Origin: Macrostomum lignano
Taxonomy: Eukaryota
Reading direction: 5' to 3'
NCBI GenBank assembly: GCA_002269645.1
Contig: NIVC01001086.1
Span: 1 to 64,000 of the forward strand
DNA: 64,000 nt
Made by a program: the position numbers and the translations under genes
Shown here: positions 40,697 through 48,719 of the stretch, piece after piece
Layout of the letters: the number at the start of each line of letters is the position of its first letter
Position numbering within the stretch: position 1 is the first letter of the stretch
Notes under the pieces: model-generated
What the model saw: the letters and a program-made list of their open reading frames with translations, nothing else
What the model was told of the DNA's origin: nothing
Database searches by the model: none

Positions 40697-43600
40697 AACA
40701 GCTAGTGGAGCAGGGCATAGTAGAAGAGTGTGATTCCGAGTGGGCCTCACCAATTGTCTTAGTCAAAAAGAAGGACCAGTCTTACAGAATGTGTGTTGAC
40801 TACAGAGCGGTCAACAAGCTAATAAAGCCGTGTAGCTTTCCGCTCCCATTAATGGATGAAACGTTTGATAGCCTTGCCGACTCTACCATCTTTTCAACAC
40901 TAGATTTAACAAGTGCATACTGGCAGGTAGGAATTAGAGAGCAAGACCGAGACATTACGGCTTTTTCTTGCCCCCAGGGCACATTCCGTTGGCGAGTTGT
41001 GCCATACGGTATCAAAACGGCACCATCTAACTTTGCTAAGCTGATGCACCGTGTGCTCAAACCCTTGCTGATGAGAGTTAGCCTCGTCTATCTTGACGAC
41101 GTCATTATCAAAGCTCGAACTAGTAGCGAAATGATAACAAACCTAGCGCTGGTGTTTTGGCAACTACAAAAGGCAAACCTAAAAATTAAGCCAGCTAAAT
41201 GCGAGCTTTTCAGGGAAAAACTAAAGTTTTTAGGATTTGTAGTATCGGCGGATGGAATCGAGACGGACCCCAGCAAAACAGAGGCCGTCCAGAGTTGGTG
41301 TAGGCCAAAGACAGGGAAACAACTCTTGTCATTCTTAAATTTTGCCAACTATTACCGTAAATTTGTGCCAAAATTCTCGATCATAGCAGCTCCACTGTAC
41401 GCTATCGCTAACTCCGATAGGTTTCACTGGGAAGAAAAGCACGAAAAAGCTTTCAAACAGTTAAAGGACAGTCTCTGCAATCCTCCAACTCTGGCGTACC
41501 CGGATATGCGTCCAGAAGCCGGCCCCTTCGTGCTAGACTGTGACAGCTCTGGCCTGGGGGTGGGAGGAGTCCTGTCCCAAGTTGGCAAAGCTGGTAAAGA
41601 GCATGTGATAGCATTCGCTTCGAAGAAGTTCAACAATGCACAAAGAAATTATTGTGCAACAATGCGCGAGCTGCTCGGTTTGATTATCATGCTAGAGCAG
41701 TTCCGCACTTACCTCTTAGACAGGCCTTTCGTCGTCCGAACTGACGCCGTGGCGCTTAAATGGCTTCATTCCAAAAAACACGCTACGGGAATGCTAGCCC
41801 AGTGGCTTGTGATCCTAGAGCCTTACAACTTTAGCGTTGAGCAGACGCCGCTGGAACGCTTGGCAGACTTTGACTTCTCCGTGGAACATAGGCCTGGGGA
41901 GAGCCACATTAATGCCGACATTCTCAGTCGCAATCCCAAATTCCGTCCGGACCATTTCGACTGCCCATCTTGCTCTCGTATTCCAGAGTTTCAGGCCAGG
42001 TTCGGATGCCAAAGTAGCGCCGTTAGAGCCGTTAAAATAGGCTGTGCTAAATTAGAAAAGCACGAGGCTTCGACTCAAACCGAAGGTACACACTTTTTAG
42101 ATCAACCAACCATGTGTGAACCCACTAGGAATGATGACCACGGCAATGAGAGCCGGCTTGATAGTTGTCACTCAGTTAGCCAAGCGATCCAGACTGATCC
42201 ATCAGGCACAAACCATAAAGAAACCTCTGAAGATAGCCAAATTCAAGTGACAAAACCTAAGGTTCAGGTGGCTAAAATTGCAACTAATTCTAACAATGAC
42301 CAAAGTGCGAAGAGTGACAGAACGAGCGGTAGTCATTCCTTCCACATTGGAACCAGCCTAGCGAATCAAGCCGCTGATGATGCAAGCGAATTAAGCCTAC
42401 CACAGAGTGAGGCTGATGAGAGAGTAGATGTGGATTGGGTGACGCTGGCACAAGAGTCAAACGTAGATCTGCTGAGAATCAAGCAATCCGTAGCTGGCTC
42501 CGAACCGAAACTTAGCAAACAGGATATTCAAGATTGCAGTCGAGAAATTAAAACTCTCTGGGCTCTGTATAACGAACTGTCAGTTGAAAATGGCTTGCTC
42601 TACCGCACAAAGCCAGCGAGGAAGGGCAAACCGAGTGTTAAGCAGTTGATAATTCCCTCGTCTGCAAATTTAGATGAACTAGTAATCAAGTACCATAGAG
42701 CGTGCAACCATTCAGGAGCCAATAAAACCACGGCGGCATTGAAGGCACGTTTCTTGATCTTTGATCTGGAAACTTACGTAAGAGGTATCGTTGCCGAATG
42801 CGAAACTTGCGCCAGAGTTAAGAAAGGTACAAAGAAGATTAGAGCCCCCCTGCAGCCTACCTTGGCAGGGTATCCCAATCAGGTGGTACACGTTGACCAT
42901 TGTGGACCTTTTCCTGAATCTAATGGTATGCGGTATCTTCTGGTGCTGATTGATCGTTTCACCAGCTTCGTCGAGATTGTCCCGGTGCCTGATGTCTCAG
43001 CAGGAACTACGGCGCTAGCCATCCTCACTGAATGGGTGGTAAGGTATGGGACGATGGAACAGATTGTCTCAGATAACGGCACTGCATTCATTAACGCTAC
43101 GGTTGCCGAGTTGACTCGAATACTCGAAATCGACATGGTTAGAATCACAGCGAGAAGACCACAGGCCAATGGCAAGGCCGAACGAGCTATCCAAACGATC
43201 AAAACCAAAGTTCGGGCAGTGTGTGCTGATCGTAGAATAGGGTGGCCTTTGGCTGCTAAGCTTGTGGGGTTGTCGATCCGGACGACCGAATCCGAGTCTA
43301 CCGGCTTCACGCCAGCAAAGTTGTTCTTCGGGAGAGAACTCGACATCCCCTTGGACCTCCAGTACAACCCACCACCAAGAGAATACTATGATCCGGAATC
43401 TTACGCACACACCCTGCACAAAGCCCTGGTCGAAACATCGGCTACGGCTCGCGCTTTGCGGGGAAAGGCCCAGAGAAGACAAAAGCGCTACTATGACAGA
43501 GCCGTTTTTAAACCTAACTTTGAAGTAGGTGAGCTGGTCTGGGTTCGAAACCCGGATCACAGAGGCCTTGACCCAGCAGTTTGGTTGGGACCATACCGCG

Positions 43601-44484
43601 TAGTTCAGCAAATATCCGAGCGCAACTATCGGCTCCTGCCCGAATTTATTAGAGAAAATCCATTCATTCGAACTCCTAACCCGAGCCACAACATTTATAA
43701 TGTAGACAGAATCAAAAAATGCATACGCAAGCCGAACTATCAAGACACCATTGACCGTTTCGGTCTAAAAATAACTGCACGGTTGCCGGAATCTCGTGTG
43801 GGAAATTGTGACGAGGACTCGCCAGCCTCGGATTCCAGCTCGGACTCCGACATGGAAGAGCGTGGATTACCTTACTTCCCAGTTGCAGGGCTGGGATCGA
43901 ACCAGGTGCAGTCCAGTGAGAACCAGGTGCAGTCCAGTGAGAACCAGGTGCAGTCCAGTGAGAACCAGGTGCAGTCCGGCGAGAACCAGGTGCAGTCCAG
44001 TGAGAAACGGTTGCAGCCCGGTGAGACTTCGGTGTGTACAGGTGGAACCCAAGGACAACCGGTTGAGGACCTTGGTCAGCCAGTTTTGGACCTGTTGCAA
44101 CCCAGAACAGAGTCTGGAGATTTTGTGCAGGAGCCAGATTTTTTAAGTGAAAAACACACTCAACACCGTGTGCCTGAAGTAGGTGGTAATAGTAGCACGA
44201 ATCGACTCGAACAAGTCGAGGATGGCCAGGTTCCTTCAATCGGTGCGGAGGTAGAGATAGTGGGAGATAGAACGCGTGAGTTGCCTGGAACCGCCAGCCA
44301 AGGACAGAGGACGGAGCCAGCTGGCCAGCGTGAAACAGTGGAACCAGACCCATCGTTATCAGACAGAGTCAGTACTCGGGGCAGCATTTACACCACTCGA
44401 AGTGGCAGGGCGGTTCGGCCGCCAACCAGATTTTTGCAGGTGCTTGCCGGGTTTTGCCACCGCTCCAATTCCAACAGTCTTTGA
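40615..44484 (+). CDS. pol: Pol: reverse transcriptase, RNase H, linker, integrase (GPY/F), C-terminal tail; -1 frame relative to the upstream ORF
   Basis: WASPIVLVKK..YRMCVDYR, YLDD (41089-41100), FVLDCDSS..GVGGVLSQ, HRACNHSG..CETC, VHVDH/VSDNG/KAER and WLGPYRV. The Pol-like sequence is continuous from about 40615, upstream of the track's 40705 start. Confidence 0.95.
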   Translation, partial: KDPSCRPITQPSRRTTPAQKDFLDKYIEQLVEQGIVEECDSEWASPIVLVKKKDQSYRMCVDYRAVNKLIKPCSFPLPLMDETFDSLADSTIFSTLDLTSAYWQVGIREQDRDITAFSCPQGTFRWRVVPYGIKTAPSNFAKLMHRVLKPLLMRVSLVYLDDVIIKARTSSEMITNLALVFWQLQKANLKIKPAKCELFREKLKFLGFVVSADGIETDPSKTEAVQSWCRPKTGKQLLSFLNFANYYRKFVPKFSIIAAPLYAIANSDRFHWEEKHEKAFKQLKDSLCNPPTLAYPDMRPEAGPFVLDCDSSGLGVGGVLSQVGKAGKEHVIAFASKKFNNAQRNYCATMRELLGLIIMLEQFRTYLLDRPFVVRTDAVALKWLHSKKHATGMLAQWLVILEPYNFSVEQTPLERLADFDFSVEHRPGESHINADILSRNPKFRPDHFDCPSCSRIPEFQARFGCQSSAVRAVKIGCAKLEKHEASTQTEGTHFLDQPTMCEPTRNDDHGNESRLDSCHSVSQAIQTDPSGTNHKETSEDSQIQVTKPKVQVAKIATNSNNDQSAKSDRTSGSHSFHIGTSLANQAADDASELSLPQSEADERVDVDWVTLAQESNVDLLRIKQSVAGSEPKLSKQDIQDCSREIKTLWALYNELSVENGLLYRTKPARKGKPSVKQLIIPSSANLDELVIKYHRACNHSGANKTTAALKARFLIFDLETYVRGIVAECETCARVKKGTKKIRAPLQPTLAGYPNQVVHVDHCGPFPESNGMRYLLVLIDRFTSFVEIVPVPDVSAGTTALAILTEWVVRYGTMEQIVSDNGTAFINATVAELTRILEIDMVRITARRPQANGKAERAIQTIKTKVRAVCADRRIGWPLAAKLVGLSIRTTESESTGFTPAKLFFGRELDIPLDLQYNPPPREYYDPESYAHTLHKALVETSATARALRGKAQRRQKRYYDRAVFKPNFEVGELVWVRNPDHRGLDPAVWLGPYRVVQQISERNYRLLPEFIRENPFIRTPNPSHNIYNVDRIKKCIRKPNYQDTIDRFGLKITARLPESRVGNCDEDSPASDSSSDSDMEERGLPYFPVAGLGSNQVQSSENQVQSSENQVQSSENQVQSGENQVQSSEKRLQPGETSVCTGGTQGQPVEDLGQPVLDLLQPRTESGDFVQEPDFLSEKHTQHRVPEVGGNSSTNRLEQVEDGQVPSIGAEVEIVGDRTRELPGTASQGQRTEPAGQRETVEPDPSLSDRVSTRGSIYTTRSGRAVRPPTRFLQVLAGFCHRSNSNSL
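43900..44025 (+). repeat. 21-bp in-frame tandem repeat (NQVQSSE x5 plus one degenerate copy) in the integrase tail
   Basis: AACCAGGTGCAGTCCAGTGAG units. Confidence 0.95.
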
Positions 44485-45046
44485 TTTCCTTCTCTTTCCC
44501 TCCATTCGTTGTGTTGTCTCGCTTTGTTCTCTTCTTCCTTTTCTGTTCTTTGTTTTCCGTGCCAGTGCCAAGTTAGCCCTGAGTCTGCCGGTTGCGTTGC
44601 CGCCGGTGGGTTGTGTGTGTGTGGGGCGGCGTCCCGTCCGTGTGTTGGCTGGGTGAGCTCTGCTGCGCAGTTCGAATTGAAGTTCGTGCATTCCGATCCG
44701 TGGTGACGTTATTTTCGGTTCTGTGATTTGCTTTTGTCACTTAGCTCTCGGTTTCAGTTGTAATTATTAATTGTTATTTTACGTCCTTGCTTATAAAGTC
44801 TCAGTGATGCAATATTTTAATCCGTGCTAGCTACAGAATGTTACTTAAGGTCTTTTAAATCCCATGCAATATGCTCAATGACTTCTCAACATTCGTATAC
44901 TTTCGGTGACGTCTACTTTGAATATTTCGTTCACTCCGTTCGTGTTCCCATTTTTGTGTCATTCAATTTCTGTTCGATGTGTTCGGTTAATAACGCTAAT
45001 CATGTTAATAATGTTTCATGTAGTTTACTGCCAATAGGCTCGTTTT

Positions 45047-45060
45047 GGAAGGGAGGCGAG
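45047..45060 (+). promoter_or_regulatory. Polypurine tract
   Basis: GGAAGGGAGGCGAG directly abuts the 3' LTR. Confidence 0.85.
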
Positions 45061-45481
45061 TGTAACGGTTTGGAAATTCTGTAATTCAAATCTAGTTTAT
45101 TAACATGGTGTATTTTAACTTTATTCAAATCCTTAGCTGTTTAGATTACGTGCGTAATTATTCTAGGGTTTTGATATTACGTATTTTGTTAATTTGGTTT
45201 CCGTTTCCAAGAAATGCGACTCATAATTTTAACATGTAAGTTCTAGTCTTTTTCTGTAAGCGTGTGGCAGCCTGGGACGTAGATCAACCTAGCATGTACG
45301 TGAGATACAATAATTATAATCAGAGCCGATCACCAGTGTACGCATTCATACTAAGACAGTAAGATTTCTTATGCTCCGAGTATAGTAAATCGTCCAGGAC
45401 TGACAGACGTATCTGCTGAACCATATACGTTGCTAATACTCTCTCTTCGCTAGTAATATTAAATATACCGGACTCGTTACA
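45061..45481 (+). repeat. 3' LTR (421 bp)
   Basis: Matches the 5' LTR. Confidence 0.97.
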
Positions 45482-45503
45482 CTAGCCACTGAGCTACATA
45501 GGC
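45482..45503 (-). pseudogene. 5' part of the same tRNA-Thr(AGT) gene
   Basis: Minus strand reads GCCTATGTAGCTCAGTGGCTAG. Joined to 37249-37299 it rebuilds a 73-nt tRNA with one acceptor-stem mismatch. Confidence 0.93.
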
Positions 45504-45809
45504 GGCCGCCTATGGGCCTGCGATTGGCTAGTAATGTTCCTTGTGCAGATTACGGGGTTTGAAATACGCAACGGCTTGTTCTTTCACTGTTGCATTCTTT
45601 GTGTGCAAAATAGTCGAAAATTGCACATTCGTTTCGACTTTTCAGTCTTCTGACCGTCTTCTGTGCAAGCAATCTATCGAATCTTAACAGACGGGATCCT
45701 GCTTGCTATTTGCTCGCTGTGTAAGCATCGAAACCAACTCCAGCCATGTGGCATGTCTCTTTGAATAGCTGGACACTAGTGTTAAAGAGGCGGTTCAAGG
45801 CTCAATGAT

Positions 45810-47175
45810 CAAAGCGAGGGGTTCTATGAGAAGCGGGGCATTCCATGAGAATCGGGGGGTTCCGTGAGAAGCGGGGGTTCCTTGAGAAGGGGGGGTTCCA
45901 TGAGAAGCGGTTGGTTCCATGAGAAGTGGTTGGTTCCATGAGAAGGGAAGGTTCCTTGAGAAGCGGGGTTTCCATGTGAAACGGGGGGTTCCATGAGAAG
46001 CGGGGGTTCCATGAGAAGCGGTTGGTTCCATGAGAAGTGGTTGGTTCCATGAGAAGCGGTTGGTTCCATAAGAAGTGTTTGGTTCCATGAGAAGGGGAGG
46101 TTCCGTGAGAAGCGGGGGTTCCATGTGAAACGGGGGGTTCCATGAGAAGCGGTTGGTTCCATGAGAAGCGGTTGGTTCCATGAGAAGTGGTTGGTTCCAT
46201 GAGAAGCGGTTGGTTCCATGAGAAGTGGTTGGTTCCATGAGAAGGGGAGGTTCCGTGAGAAGCGGGGGTTCCATGTGAAACGGGGGGTTCCATGAGAAGC
46301 GGTTGGTTCCATGAGAAGTGGTTGGTTCCATGAGAAGGGGAGGTTCCGTGAGAAGCGGGGGTTCCATGTGAAACGGGGGGTTCCATGAGAAGTGGTTGGT
46401 TCCATGAGAAGTGGTTGGTTCCATGAGAAGTGGTTGGTTCCATGAGAAGCGGTTGGTTCCATGAGAAGCGGTTGGTTCCATGAGAAGTGGTTGGTTCCAT
46501 GAGAAGCGGTTGGTTCCATGAGAAGTGGTTGGTTCCATGAGAAGTGGTTGGTTCCATGAGAAGTGGTTGGTTCCATGAGAAGGGGAGGTTCCGTGAGAAG
46601 CGGGGATTCCATGTGAAACGGGGGGTTCCATGAGAAGCGGTTGGTTCCATGAGAAGTGGTTGGTTCCATGAGAAGCGGTTGGTTCCATGAGAAGTGGTTG
46701 GTTCCATGAGAAGTGGTTGGTTCCATGAGAAGGGGAGGTTCCTTGAGAAGCGGGGTTTCCATGTGAAACGGTGGGGTTTCTTGAAAAGCGGTTGGTTTCA
46801 TGAAAAGCGGGGGTTCCTTGAGACCGGGGTTCCATGAGAAGCGGTTGGTTCCATGAGAAGTGGTTGGTTCTATGAGAAGGGGAGGTTCCGTGAGAAGCGG
46901 GGTTTCCACGTGAAACGGGGGGTTCCATGAGAAGCGGGGGTTCCATGAGAAGCGGTTGGTTCCATGAGAAGTGGTTGGTTCTATGAGAAGGGGAGGTTCC
47001 GTGAGAAGCGGGGGTTCCTTGAGAAGCGGGGTTTCCATGTGAAACGGTGGGGTTTCTTGAAAAGCGGTTGGTTCCATGAAAAGCGGGGGTTCCTTGAGAA
47101 ACGAGGGTTCCATCCCATGAGAAGCCGGGGGGTTTCATGAGAAGTGGGGGTTCCTTGAGAAACAGGGGTTCCTTG
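45810..47175. repeat. 19-20 bp minisatellite CCATGAGAAG(C/T)GGTTGGTT with higher-order variants
   Basis: Read directly; produces the FSWNQPLLMEP pseudo-ORFs. Confidence 0.95.
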
Positions 47176-48004
47176 AAAAGCGATGGGGCCTTTGAAGCGG
47201 TGGTTGGGTCATAATAGTGTCATGTATAAGAAATAATTGTATTCGAACTATTTAACTGATTTTATTTTGCTCAGGTCTGCTAATTCAATTGTCAATATTT
47301 TCACAACAGGCCCCTGCAATGCCTGCCTAAACATTAACCCTACTATGTACCTAGCCAAACCAATATTGTACCACCACCTGCAGCTTTGGGGTATTGCTGC
47401 AAAAATTCTAGAATAGCACAGGAGTCGTGCAATTTAGGTACAAACACATCCTCCTTTGACGCTTGACTTTCTGTTCACGCAATGTTGCTAAACGCCATTT
47501 TTATTGTCAAGTGTTTTTGTTCAAAGTTGTTCAACGCAGTTACAAAGCATGCTCGAGATGACACAATATTCTAGGCGATCATTCATCCATAGCTAAGTTT
47601 GAGCTCCGGGGAAATTGAATTGCTCTATGCATGAGGCTTAGCAATCAAGCAAAATATTCAAAGTACAAAGTGAAAGCTGGCGTACAATATGGTTTTCATT
47701 GTTTAATAGGTCACGTTACTGGAAGCTGAGCCAATGTGTCAGACACTGCACTGAGGCGCAACTACTAAATGGCAAAAATACAAATCGAGTGTACGAGCTA
47801 CCAATTAAAACCAGATAAAAAATTGTGAAAGAAATACGAGCAGTAATTGTAATTAATTAAATTTCGGTTATTCATTTTGCCTTTTGTCTGGGGTCTGGGG
47901 TTATCAGTTCTCTCGGTCGGCGCGTGGCGTTCGTTCGCGACCTGGCCTTGAGACGCGCCCTGTGACGCTAACTGGATATTTTGTTATTGTTGGCGTTCTC
48001 ATCT

Positions 48005-48485
48005 GAGGAATGGGGAGGATGGGACTGATGGTCTCTCACCTGAGGGCTGGGGATGATGGGACTGGTGTTCTCTCACCTGAGGACTGGCGAGGCTGGGACT
48101 GGTGTTCTCTCACCTGAGGACTGGCGAGGATGGGACTGATGGTCTCTCACCTGAGGACTGGCGAGGATGGGACTGATGGTCTCTCACCTGAGGACTGGCG
48201 AGGATGGGACTGATGGTCTCTCACCTGAGGACTGGCGAGGATGGGACTGATGGTCCCTCACCTGAGGACTGGCGAGGATGGGACTGATGGTCTCTCACCT
48301 GAAGACTGGGGAGGCTGGGACTGGTGTTCTCTCACCTGAGGACTGGCGAGGATGGGACTGATAGTCTCTCACCTGAGGACTGGGGAGGATGGGACTGATA
48401 GTCTCTCACCTGAGGACTGGGGAGGATGGGACTGATGGTCTCTCACCCGAGGACTGGCGAGGATGAGACTGATGGTCTCTCACTT
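48005..48485. repeat. 37-bp minisatellite CTGGCGAGGATGGGACTGATGGTCTCTCACCTGAGGA
   Basis: Period 37 (48121 to 48158), about 12 copies. Confidence 0.93.
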
Positions 48486-48719
48486 GGGCATTATGAATCA
48501 AGATCCGAATATACTCTTGACAAAAAAGTTTGAAAGGCAAGACACACGACACCCGTGCACGCTCGTACGATACCTAAAATTGAAGCACAAGCAAGCTGAA
48601 AACAAACCCTTAGTTACTAACAAGCCCCGTGAATCGTGTACCCTTCTGATGCAAAGCCAGTTCTCAAAATGCACTCAGCGGAGGTTTGGGAGTGAAAATT
48701 GGGTCGTCAATTCACTGGA

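Larger units (their letters stand above)
37304..45481 (+). mobile_element. Full-length Ty3/Gypsy LTR retrotransposon, 8178 bp, CTAG target-site duplication
   Basis: Two 421-bp LTRs with TGTAACG...CGTTACA ends, TSD CTAG at 37300-37303 and 45482-45485, a PBS and a PPT. Domain order Gag-PR-RT-RH-IN is the Ty3/Gypsy order. Confidence 0.98.

Noticed and set aside
44485-45046. env-like third ORF or chromodomain in the retrotransposon
   Set aside because: Only short ORFs follow pol, with no signal peptide/TM architecture, and the integrase tail has no chromodomain motif.
45810-48485. CRISPR-like appearance of regularly spaced 19-48 bp repeats
   Set aside because: The units are head-to-tail with no unique spacers, there are no cas genes, and the context is eukaryotic.
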